A stretch of DNA of 56,598 nucleotides from positions 1 through 56,598 of the IMG/VR virus record IMGVR_UViG_3300032334_000481, one strand, 5' to 3'. The notes below the pieces were generated by a model. The model was not told where the DNA came from, made no database searches, and was given only the letters and a program-made list of their open reading frames with translations. Position numbers and translations under genes: made by a program. Source of the stretch: a virus (lineage: Duplodnaviria; Caudoviricetes). Of the stretch, positions 9,952 through 21,300 are shown piece after piece; the stretch's first letter is position 1, and the number at the start of each line of letters is the position of its first letter.

Positions 9952-12900
9952 TAGATTACCTCCTCCAAATAAAGTTTCATAGATGGACCATCTGGACCCC
10001 TATTATATTCTATATGATAAACAACAAATCTATTATTTGGCAACTGCTGTACATTGTCAACGTTATAATTAACTTTAACAATGTCTCCTAACTGAATCAT
10101 TGGATTGGCAAATATGTCAACAGACATTGCTTTTTTAGGAACCATAATTTTTTCTACCATCCAATTCATTAAGTTTGATGCCATATCTAGGTTTTGAATA
10201 TATGTTCCAGATATTGTAAATTCTTTTCTACCATATGTATTTCTACTATTTTGTATAGTAACATATTTATTATTTAATTCAGAATATCTATTATAGTTAT
10301 TTAAGTTGCTTGTAGTAGATAAAAATTCGTCAACTGTTAAGTTATGGTCTGCCTGTTGTGTAAACGTTACCCCCTGAATTCTTAAATAATTTCCACTAGA
10401 CTCATCTAGGCTTAAAGCAAAATCTGTAACATTAAAAACAAGGAACTCTGCAGAATATGGGTTAGCCCTAAATCCTGAAACTAAATATCCTTGCAGTTCA
10501 TTAAAGGTTGGGGATATTTTAGAATACAATGCTGGGTATGCTTTTTCATATTTAACATTGAAGTAAGCACATTCACGCATTATAGTTCCAAATTCTTCGT
10601 AATATAAAGAATTACTATTTGTTCCGCTTGTAGTTATTCCAGTTAAAAATGATTCTACTACCCCTGGATTTATCAAATACTTTCTGTAAGCACTTGATGT
10701 TAGTTTTTCTACTGATAAAAATTGATTAAGTGGTGAATTCTTGGCTTCGAATTGTGTCTTTGGGTTGTCTGCAATTGCAAAAACATTATCAAACATACAT
10801 TTACCAGCACCACGAACAAACAAAGCAAAGTTTTTATTGTTATCATTGCTGCCTATAGCATCTCTATCTATGACTGTTGTTATTAATCTATTATTTAAAT
10901 ATAGATAAAACTTTACAACTTTACTTGATACTTCTTCAATCTTTATGGACAAGTCGTATACTGTTGAGTTTGCTTGACCCACAATCTTTCCCATACCAGA
11001 GAACAAACCAGAGTCAACTAAAATTGGTGCAGAACCATACCAAAGAGTAATTGGAATTGCTTCTTGTGATGTTTCACCCTTTAAAACTTTGTAAAAATAA
11101 ATATTTGGAATTGTTGTTATTTCCTTGTTTGAATCTACCTGCTCAATTATGCTTTGGCTTGTTAATGCGTCTATTTCAAAATAATATCCTGTGTGTGCTT
11201 TGGTGGTTGTGTCTAGTCTTATTGCTATTCCACCACCAGTGCCACTAATAATTGTACCATTTTTAATATCCATTTCGTCCGCACCAACAGGCAATTGATT
11301 AATTCCAGATATATTTTTATCTTTTTGTTTTCCAAGAATTTTCATTCTTGTTCCAAAATTAGTAAATGCTTCCGTGTATGGTTTATAAACATAAGATATA
11401 AAGTTATTAGAGTTTTTATCACTTTTTTGTATTCCAGTAATTGTAAGTGCAGAAGCGGCAACACTACCATTTGGTTTTGTTTTGTCTATAGTAGTTGTGC
11501 TTGGTGATTCGGTAAAATATGAGGTATCAAACATATCAAATGTCAATCCTGTTGTACTTGGTTTATTTGATAAGGTTGAAATTCCACTAACAGAAACCTC
11601 TTCAAGAGTTCTATTCAACACGGTAATTGTTTTATTGGTTCCTGTTGCGGTAAAACCTTTTGTTAAAGTAAAACTTTTATTATCTACTGCAACTGTTTTT
11701 ACTTTTGTTCCAGATGGAACTCCAGGACCAGTTACAATCCAGCCAACTTCTATATCTTCTGTAGTCAAGTCTCCAGTAAGAGTTACTGTTGCTGTTGGAC
11801 TATTTGATGTTGTGCAACCTGTAATTTCATATTTTGTTTGGTCATATTGATGATTATCTTTAAACATCCAAGAGGACTGCATCTCAAATGCTTTTTTGTT
11901 TTCATCTTGCAACCAGTGATTTGAAGAATCCAAAATTGTGTGATTTGTTGCTGTTGTTCCAAACTGAGCACGACCATGTTTTGCAATACCAGTAATGTTT
12001 CCATTAGAGTCAACTGTTGGTTCTGTATAGATTTTTATACGACCAGTTGGAAACATCTTTCCATTAAATCCAATTTGTGAAAAATATTTTTGATAGTCAT
12101 TTATGTTTTCTATCCAAACATTACTTGTTTGTGCTTCTATATAAAATGAAATATTTCCAGCGGTTAGATGATTATTGGTTACTGTGAAAGTATTATTTTT
12201 TGTATCTATAGATGTGACAATTGGTGCTGTTCCAAATTGACCAGCACCAGAACCAGTCTCTACAAGTTTCTGACCTATTGATAGGCTAAAAATATTTCCA
12301 CTTGTAAGGGTAATTTTATTAGTTCCTGTTAGAAGTGTTGCTCCAAAACCAGTTATTCTAGAACTTTCAACAGTATGTTCAACACCCTTATATTTTATAA
12401 TTTCTCCATTTGCATAAAGGTATCCTTCATATCTAGTAAGCCAATAAATAGATTGACCAAAATCAATTGTATTATTAATTATAGTTCCAGAACTTACTGA
12501 AGGAACTTCATCCGATAATGTTTTGTTCATTGGCATTGCACTTAGCACATAACTTGACTGTGTATTTATCTCTTCATTTGTTGGTCTTAGGGCTTCTGTT
12601 CCAGATACCTCCCAAAGCAAGACTGGTTTATGTTTATATGACTGATTATTATTAAGCAAAGATGCTTCTTTAATTGTTCCATAAGATTTTTGAATATATT
12701 TATTTGAATAAACAATTTTTCCATCATTAAAAACTTCATTGTTTTCCGAAGAAATACTCATAATGTTTGACAGTATTGACTGTGTTGCTGCATTTTTTAG
12801 AACACCTGTATCATTAAAATCTTTTGTTCCATATAACTCAATGTTAATTGGTCTTTCATCTTCAGATGGCATTATGTAGTTTTTAGACATAACAACAAAA

Positions 12901-14765
12901 TTATTAAATTCATCAAAGAACATTGCTGACTGAGTTGATTGTGCTAGATTGTTTAATACTTCTGCTACCGTTGTTTCTGGTGCCACATAAAAATACGGAA
13001 TAATATCTTCTGATTCTGTGCTTGTTTTATAAAATTTATAGTTTGAAAAACCAATGTTATCCAGTATAGTTGCAATCGCTTTACTTAATTTAACATTTTG
13101 CATTAAGAGACTTGGTGCTGTCATAGATTCAAAGTAGAAGTATAGGTCTCTTAATGTAATTGTTGCGTTTCTATCTTCATTAGAGATGGAAGGAAAACCA
13201 TCCGAATAGTATACTTTGATTGGAACAAAGTAGTCTACAACATTACTAGTTCTATCATCTGTAATTTGTTCATAGAATTTAATTTGTAAGTTTTTGGAAG
13301 AAATATCTGATATCAAACTTCCTGTAATTGCTCCAGCATTAAGCGTTAGGTCATTGTATGGGTTTAACGATTGGTCATAATCAAATATTGAAATCTCTCC
13401 GTTTGATGCTGAAAGTTGTCCAACTGGAATTCCTGTGTTTCCAATATCAGAGGCAATCTTTGTTACAGAATATGACTTTACTCTATCTGAAATATTTGCA
13501 GCAAGTCTTGGAGACATCTCTATCAATTCAAAGGATGAGTTTTGTTTGCTCATTGTGTTTACTACAATTCTTAAACCTTTGACAAATTGAAATTCTCTAT
13601 AGTTTGCTGAGTATACACTTGCTGGAGTTCCATAAAAATCTGGAGATGTTAGTTTAGATACATTAGAGGATTGTAGTGTTTCTCCTTCTTCTCTTAAATA
13701 CCAGCCATAAATTGGCACAAAAGAATTTGTTGTCCAGTCAGTTCCATTCCAAACATAATATGTTCCAGCATTAACATTTGTAGGGTCTAAAACTAAATAC
13801 GCATCTCCAACATAACCACCTATTGGCAATGATGCTTGCGAAGGATATTGTCCTAAATTTCTGAATCCTGTTGGCAATGTATTTGTAATTCCAAAAGCAA
13901 GTTCTATATATCCATCAGAACCTATGATTCTTTTTCCTGTTGAACGTATTGAAGAACTTGTAAACACTTTAGCATCTTGCCAAATATTGTTTGAATCTAA
14001 GTATTGAATCTTCCAGTCTTCTGGAGTTTTTTGATTAATCAATGCCCCTGTGTTTAATTCATTTTCATAAAATGGGTCTGGTAGTGACAAATTATTTGAA
14101 GTTTTGTATGTTCTTAAACTATAGTCACTTGCATGTGTTTGCATTTTTACAACAATTCTATTTGCTGGAACTGGTGTTGAATATACTACAAATGGTGCGG
14201 CATCATCAATGTAGTATTCTCCGTCAACCTTTTTAGTTTTTGATATACCCCTTTCAATCGAGTTAGTTGTTCCATCAACACGATAGGAACTCCAATACTT
14301 AAATTTATCATCTTTAGAAGAAAGATAGTACCTTGGCTGTAAATACATATTTTCATTTGGAAAATTTAAATACTGACCACCACTAAGATAGCGAAGTTTA
14401 TTAATACCTGAGCGTGGTCTAAAACGAGCAACACAATCTACAAGAGAATAAAGAATTTTTTCTGTCTCATTTTTTTTAACAAAAATATTTGGGGTATTGT
14501 TTGATGAATTTAAACCATTATAAATAAGAATATTTGAATCTGTTGCATTTGTATATGAACCCAAAACATCTGTGTTATCGTAGGAGGTTGCAACAATTCC
14601 ATAGTTATTCTCTGTTGGACTATCTATATTTGGTCTGTTTCTATAATTACCTAACAGTAAAATATTGTCAGAATAGTTTAAATTCCATTCTGCTAATATC
14701 AATGATTGAAGATTTATTGATGAAGATTGTTCAATATAGTTTTGAAGATTTGTATTCTGAAACAT
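9951..14765 (-). CDS. Large tail tip/hub protein
   Basis: About 1604 aa, two genes after the tape measure; hub-like motifs (LAQSTQSAMFFDE, ANPMIQLGDIVKV). Start moved to 14765 because of the TAATG overlap with the upstream stop. Confidence 0.75.
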   Translation of the reverse strand: MFQNTNLQNYIEQSSSINLQSLILAEWNLNYSDNILLLGNYRNRPNIDSPTENNYGIVATSYDNTDVLGSYTNATDSNILIYNGLNSSNNTPNIFVKKNETEKILYSLVDCVARFRPRSGINKLRYLSGGQYLNFPNENMYLQPRYYLSSKDDKFKYWSSYRVDGTTNSIERGISKTKKVDGEYYIDDAAPFVVYSTPVPANRIVVKMQTHASDYSLRTYKTSNNLSLPDPFYENELNTGALINQKTPEDWKIQYLDSNNIWQDAKVFTSSSIRSTGKRIIGSDGYIELAFGITNTLPTGFRNLGQYPSQASLPIGGYVGDAYLVLDPTNVNAGTYYVWNGTDWTTNSFVPIYGWYLREEGETLQSSNVSKLTSPDFYGTPASVYSANYREFQFVKGLRIVVNTMSKQNSSFELIEMSPRLAANISDRVKSYSVTKIASDIGNTGIPVGQLSASNGEISIFDYDQSLNPYNDLTLNAGAITGSLISDISSKNLQIKFYEQITDDRTSNVVDYFVPIKVYYSDGFPSISNEDRNATITLRDLYFYFESMTAPSLLMQNVKLSKAIATILDNIGFSNYKFYKTSTESEDIIPYFYVAPETTVAEVLNNLAQSTQSAMFFDEFNNFVVMSKNYIMPSEDERPINIELYGTKDFNDTGVLKNAATQSILSNIMSISSENNEVFNDGKIVYSNKYIQKSYGTIKEASLLNNNQSYKHKPVLLWEVSGTEALRPTNEEINTQSSYVLSAMPMNKTLSDEVPSVSSGTIINNTIDFGQSIYWLTRYEGYLYANGEIIKYKGVEHTVESSRITGFGATLLTGTNKITLTSGNIFSLSIGQKLVETGSGAGQFGTAPIVTSIDTKNNTFTVTNNHLTAGNISFYIEAQTSNVWIENINDYQKYFSQIGFNGKMFPTGRIKIYTEPTVDSNGNITGIAKHGRAQFGTTATNHTILDSSNHWLQDENKKAFEMQSSWMFKDNHQYDQTKYEITGCTTSNSPTATVTLTGDLTTEDIEVGWIVTGPGVPSGTKVKTVAVDNKSFTLTKGFTATGTNKTITVLNRTLEEVSVSGISTLSNKPSTTGLTFDMFDTSYFTESPSTTTIDKTKPNGSVAASALTITGIQKSDKNSNNFISYVYKPYTEAFTNFGTRMKILGKQKDKNISGINQLPVGADEMDIKNGTIISGTGGGIAIRLDTTTKAHTGYYFEIDALTSQSIIEQVDSNKEITTIPNIYFYKVLKGETSQEAIPITLWYGSAPILVDSGLFSGMGKIVGQANSTVYDLSIKIEEVSSKVVKFYLYLNNRLITTVIDRDAIGSNDNNKNFALFVRGAGKCMFDNVFAIADNPKTQFEAKNSPLNQFLSVEKLTSSAYRKYLINPGVVESFLTGITTSGTNSNSLYYEEFGTIMRECAYFNVKYEKAYPALYSKISPTFNELQGYLVSGFRANPYSAEFLVFNVTDFALSLDESSGNYLRIQGVTFTQQADHNLTVDEFLSTTSNLNNYNRYSELNNKYVTIQNSRNTYGRKEFTISGTYIQNLDMASNLMNWMVEKIMVPKKAMSVDIFANPMIQLGDIVKVNYNVDNVQQLPNNRFVVYHIEYNRGPDGPSMKLYLEEVI

Positions 14766-15370
14766 TATACCTCTTCCAGCGTTACTGACACATTCCAAAA
14801 ATCATAGTTATTAGTACCGCCACGCTTAACAATATTGTAATCAAAACTAGAAATAAACATTTCAATAACTTCGTTGTATTCTGCCAAGTGTCCGTATTGT
14901 CCAGACTCTGCAAAATTAGATTTTCTATCGTATGCTAAAAAAACATAGAACGAACCTGTGTGATTTTGATACCAATCAAGTAATTCATTTCCACCTGCAC
15001 CGCCATCAATTGTGAATGGCTTTATTGTTGATAGACCAGTTGTTACATCGAATTGTGGGTCAGTACGGAATGCTCTAGATGGCAACATATCCCAAGATGT
15101 AGAAATAGTCATTTTATCTGCAATGTGATATGAACGCATACGACCATTAATCATACGTTCACGTTTCTCAATACGCTCTGGTTTAAAAGATATTTCTTTT
15201 CTACCGTGGTCAGATAGTACTATAAAATCATCCCCTGCAGTAGCGGCATTTACTTCATATCCTTGTGGAACATAAACATTGTTAGAAATTATTGGTGGGG
15301 CATCTGACCATAACATAGCCTGTGGTCTTTTATATTTTTTTCTACCTGCTAAATATACACTATCTGTCAT
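14765..15370 (-). CDS. Distal-tail-like minor tail protein
   Basis: Directly after the tape measure; RMINGRMRSY and FWNVSVTLEEV pattern. Confidence 0.65.
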   Translation of the reverse strand: MTDSVYLAGRKKYKRPQAMLWSDAPPIISNNVYVPQGYEVNAATAGDDFIVLSDHGRKEISFKPERIEKRERMINGRMRSYHIADKMTISTSWDMLPSRAFRTDPQFDVTTGLSTIKPFTIDGGAGGNELLDWYQNHTGSFYVFLAYDRKSNFAESGQYGHLAEYNEVIEMFISSFDYNIVKRGGTNNYDFWNVSVTLEEV

Positions 15371-18300
15371 TATAGAACATTGCTCCTAAGTCTTTGTGAG
15401 TCAACTCTCTTAATCTGTCTAAGAACTGCATCTGCAATATCGTTGGCATCTGAAGAGTTTGCGTTAACTGTAATACTATAATTATACACTGATTCGCCAA
15501 CCGATGTTCCAGAATTCATTGAATTAAGTTTATCTATTCCAATACTATCTACCGCTGCTTTTCTAACTACAAATTCTCCTGGGGTAAGCATAGCAGGAAC
15601 AGTATCAGTTCCATAAATACCTCCACCAATAGCATAGCCTTTTGGAATAACCATACCACCAGAAGCAAAACCTCCCCAAGACCTAACTTCTTTATTTGCA
15701 ATATCTGTCTTCTTTGTCGTTGCATTAAGTCCAACCGAACCCAAATCTATGCCTTGTTGAATCAATGTTGGAATTTGGTCAATGGCATCGTTTGTTTGCT
15801 TATGTCTGTTAAACATAAAAGCAACTTTTTTATTATACGCAGTATATACTGTTTGAAGTTTTGCCTTGTTGTCTGGTGTCATATCTTTCCATTTAACATT
15901 TCCAACACCTAGTTTACCAGCAGCATCTTTATACGCCTTTTGTTTTGCCAAATAATCTGCTAACTCTGTATTATATGATGTAAATCTATTTTTTATAAGA
16001 TTAATTACATTTTTAGTTTCTTCTGGTAAGGCATTCAAAAGATTTTCTGATGCTTCTTTACCAGCAGCACTATTTAGAATATTTGCCATTCCAGTTGGGT
16101 CATAATAACTTTCTACGGTATCTTGTAATCCTACAAGTTTTGCAAAATCTTTTGTAAACGCTGCTCTTTGACTTTCTTTTACATCTGCATAAATAGATTG
16201 CATATTTCCACTTCTAACTGCGTTAGAAAGTTTGTATGCGTCTAGTTTGTAAGTGCTTGCTGCAGATACCTGTGCTGCAGTTGAAGCAGTGTTTGCCTTA
16301 GTTGCCTCTGCTTTAAGACCTGCAGTAGATGCTGCCTTTTTTAATTTTGATAGTTCAGCCGCTGACGTTTCAGGTTTAATTAATTTACCTTGGTCATTAT
16401 ATTTACCATCTTTACTAATTTTTCCTTTAGCATCATATTTTGTTCCAATAGGATTACCCTTAGCATCTTTTTTAGTATCCTCATCTTTATTGCCGCTAGA
16501 ATTGGAACCACTAGAACCAGTAGTAGGATTATATGGTTTTATAAGAGCCAAAGCCTTTCCATCTTTAAGAATACTAGCCATGTGCTTTGCAGATTTAAGA
16601 GCATTTTGTTCAATGTTGTATTGATATTGTTCTTCTTTAAGTTTGTACCCTGCAATTTTTTCAGCATTACTCTGAAGAATTGCTTCAAGTTTTGTGCGGT
16701 CAGTCAGAACACCATTGATTCTGACCTCAACCCCTTCAAGTTCTATCTTCCTAGCATTTTCAATGCTATCTTTTGCATCATTCAATGCTTGCTTCTGGTC
16801 ATTTTGTTTTGCTTGCAAAGCAGCCCTGGCTGCAGCAGCAATATCACCTTTTGACAATGCGTCAGCCAGTGTGAGAGTGTCTTGCTGTCTTTGATTGTTC
16901 TTTTCTTGAATCTTACCAATCTCGTCAAGAGCCTTTATACGTTTGTCGTACTTATCATTAATTTTCTTTTCTTTATTAGAAATTACATCAAGACCAGCCT
17001 GATACAATTCGTTGTCTTTTGCTAATCGCTCTGCTGGAGTTGCAAGAACATAGGTAAGACCAATCTCACTAGCATCTTTAATTTCTTTTAACTTCTTTAA
17101 AAGTGCTCCAGCATTAGCCCTTAACTTACCAGTCTTTTTATCAACAATTCTGTTCTGCTCTTCTTCAGTACCATTCATAAAGTCTCTAATAATTTCTGCA
17201 TCCGCACCCTGAGCCTTCATCAATACTGCTATACCACCCATTTGCTTGACTGCTGCATTTCCGTACTTCATAATTGCTTTATAAGAATCATTCCAACCAG
17301 TAGTAAGTTTTTGCTGCCAGTTGTTTGCTTCACGAAGCATCTTCACATATGGGTCAAGGATGGATGGGTCTGGTCCTTGCTTTTCATCATTTGTATCATT
17401 AGGGTCTACTGTTAAGTCTTGTAATGCTCCTGCTTGTGTAACTCTTTTTGCTTCAGAAAATGCATATTCTATTTTATATGTTTCAAGAAGTTTTGTATCG
17501 CTCATGTTAATATCTTTTCGAGCAGTAGAAGCCCATAATTTAATTGCTGGTATTAGTTCTTTATCTGCTTTAATTAGTGAATTAAATTCTGTTGTAAAAA
17601 TAATTTTATTCTTTTTATCTTTAAGTTTATTAAAGTAACCAGACACTTTGCCATCTTTCATGGCTTTTGCCAATTCCGAATTAGTTCCAGCAACAGTGGT
17701 AACTGTATCAACGGTTATTGTTGTTTTCTTACCATCCAATTCTTTATATATTCTATCTATTTCTTTTGCTTCATTTAAACCTTTACCTGCATAATATTCT
17801 TGAACTGCTTTCTTGCTAGTTTCATCCATTTCAAATACACCAGTTGTTTTGTTTGTTAATTCTAGAGCACTTGCTGTTGATGCTATTTCTTCTGATGTTT
17901 GTCCTACCTGATTATTTATAAGTGCAGTACCCTGTCCTCTATCCATGCTTCCTGCAATGCCAAGTAATTGATTTATTGCAGTTGGGTTTGTTTTAAGTAG
18001 TTCAAGTAGTGTATCTCCAGAAATATTCATATTCATTGCATTTTGCATTTGTGTTGTTCCAAGAGTTTTTGATGCAAGTAATTGAGTAAAGAATATTTCT
18101 TGTTGGTCACTAAAACCACTAAAGTTTTGAACAGCATCACCAACAGCCTTTGCGGTATCTTGGAATCCAGTATCTTTATATGCTTCTGTCAATGCGTCTC
18201 TAGCAGCCTGTGCTGTTTGACCAGTATTTCCAGTGCTGACTATGTTGTCAAAAAGAGTCTGCATTGTTTGCTGAGTATATGTTGTTAAATCTTGCTTATC

Positions 18301-21300
18301 TTTATCTGTTGCTTTTTCATTTAACGCTAAAGCATCTGTTGCAGACTGAATTGCATTCATTGCAGCAATAGTTGATTCATTTACTGCAGAACCCTTTGTT
18401 GCATCATCTGCGTTTGTATTACTTATTGTTGTAACTGCATCCAAAGCAAGTTTTATAGAATTTTTAGAAACACTTAGTGGTGTTCCATCTGGTCCAAAAA
18501 GACTAGTTATTTTTGCATTGATGTCAATACCAAATTGAGTATTTTTAATTTGCTTTGCTAGATTAGCAACAATACTTCGTGCCTGTGCTGGTGAAAGGAT
18601 TCCTTGAGCAATTGCTGTGCCCATTTGAGACAAAACTAATTGTGATGTTGCTTCTGGACTACCACTCTTTAATGATTTTCCTGCTTGTTCCGATAATGCT
18701 TTTCCAGACTCTGACTCCATGTAAGATTCACCAAATGTTTTTTTACCTGGCTGGATATAGAAGAAACTGCTCGCAGATGTTTCACGTCTCTTATCCATAA
18801 GTTCTCTAGCACCAACTTTTTTAGTAAACTCTGATAACTGAGCCATCGCCTGAGTTGATGCACCAAGTACTCTTACATTCTTTGCAGATGCATCTCTAAG
18901 TTCTTTAAAGTGTGCTTCTAACTGACCTGCAATAGTTACCACCGCCATCAAGCCACCGACAACCATACCAGCAGGTCCAGGAATCATAGACATAGCGGAT
19001 GTCATAGCACCAATAGCAGGTAGTGCTGCTTGAGCACCCTTACCAATATCACCAGGAACCTGAGTTAGCAAACCAGCCAAACCAGAAGCACCATACATCA
19101 TTCCTGTGGCTTTTCCTGTAAATTCATTTCTAGTAATCAATGACTTAAGACCTTTAGGCTTTTTAACTGTCATATTGTTTTTTTCTAGATATTCTTGTTC
19201 TTTTCTATTAATATATTCATCATTTTCCTGAAGTCTCTTCTGGTCTTTTTCATCTAATTGAACTTTTGCTCTTAACTGTTTATTTTCTTGTAGTGCTCTA
19301 TCATACTTCTTAATTGACAAAGACAATTCTTCTTCTAGATTTTCCTGAGTAATCTTTAAAGTTTTTTCCTGTGTGCTATCAACACCAAGCATCTTATCTG
19401 CAAATTTAGACCACAAAGAATTACTTTGAAGTTTTTCACCAGCAGAATCTACTTTGCTACCCAACTTTTTAGCCCATCCACCAAAACTAAATTTTTGAAC
19501 AACACCACCATCTTCATATCCAGGAATAACACCGCCCTTAGCATACCCTGGCAAATTACCAGAAATCATCTGCTGAATCATAGGGCGATGTCTAGCAGCC
19601 TGAGCAGCAGGAATAACAGCCTCACCTGGAGACAGCATGGCAGGAACTACATCGCCAGCACCCTTCGGTCCTGGAACTGAAAATACTCCATCAGCAAAGA
19701 AATATGGCTTTGGCTTTGTCTTTTGTCCTGGAACTCTGTATGGGTTTGTGCTCATTCCTTTAAAGAAAGTTTTTGCAGGTATTCCGTTTACAGTAAACTC
19801 ACTTACCTCTTTACCCCAGTCATCTTCATAAATCCATTCCTGAAGAGATTGCAACATTGCTATTTTGTTTCTAGCAATTCCAGAATATACCTCTTGTCCT
19901 CCATATCCTAAAGAGTATTTTTGATACCCTGGAAGTTCTCCCAAAATAGGTTTTCCATTTACAAGCAAGTCATCAAAAGTAGGTAATCCAATTCTTTTGT
20001 ATTTACCAGTTTTTTTACTAAATACAGATTTTCCTATATCACCAAATTCACCTTGAGTTATCATTGTAGCAATTTGTGCAAGTTGGTCTAGGTCATATGT
20101 TCTGTTCCAATCTTCAAACTTAAAACTCTTTAATCTTGAAGATGTGAAAACTTTTTTATTTGCCTCTGGCTTAGTATCATCTGCACTACTATACATCATT
20201 CTAGATTTAGGTAACCATTTAAAATCATTTTCAGAAACAACTCCACCACCTGCATACCCTGGAATTACTCCACCCTTATTTAAATGAAGTCCAAACATTG
20301 CCAAAACTATTTTTGCAAGTTGTCCTAAACCACTAGTAGCAGCCTTGAATCCTAATGGATTAGTTACAGCCATACTACCTAATCCTGCCATTCCTGCAAG
20401 ACCAGCATACGCTAAACCTTGTGCAACTTCACCAATTTTTTCTGGAGCAGCCTTTGCTATCTTTTTTGCTTTGTATCCCAATGTTTGTTGTTCTAAGTAT
20501 TCTGCACTTCTAGCAATCTGATTATCAAGAGCCTCATCGCTTCTCAAACGCATCAGTCTATCCATAGATGCTGTATTTAGTCTTTCTCTTCCGTTATAAC
20601 TAGCCTCTTTGGATTGTGCTAATGCAAGAGCAAATTGTGGGTTAGATTTAATTGATTGAATAACTGCATCATCTGATAATCCTTGTTTCTTTAAATCAAC
20701 TAGTTCAAGTAGAATGTTGTGTTTTAGTTCTGCATCAGAATATGAAGACTTCTTTTGTCCCATACCAGGAATACCAAAACTTCCCTTGGCATATCCAGGA
20801 ATGATACCGCCCTTAGCAAGTTCAATAGGCAAAGTCTCTTCCCACTCAATGACCTTTTCTGTTCCGCCACCCTTCTTAAAAGCAGCAATAGCATCTTCAT
20901 ATGCGTATAGGTCTGGATAAACTTGTTCCATCTTTAGACCATTCTTTTGTAGTCCTGGATGAACCACACGCTTTTCATCTACAGAAGCAAGATACTCAAA
21001 TAGTTCCATTGCTGTCTTATATGCTTCAGTATATTGTCCATCTCTATGAAGTTTAAGAACTGACTCATATTTTGTTAATGACCTGTCTTTGTATGCTACT
21101 GTACCAGCCTCGTTCGAATAAGTATCTGAACCAACCACTTGAGAACGATACTGTCCAAGTCTAGAAAGTAATGCTTCTTGTGGTGCTGGAACTGCTCCTG
21201 GAGTTCCTCCAGAATACCCTGGAACCATTCCACCCATGTTATATCCTGGGATAACTCCACCATTGGCAAGGAAATATGGTTTTGGTTTTGTCTTTTGCCC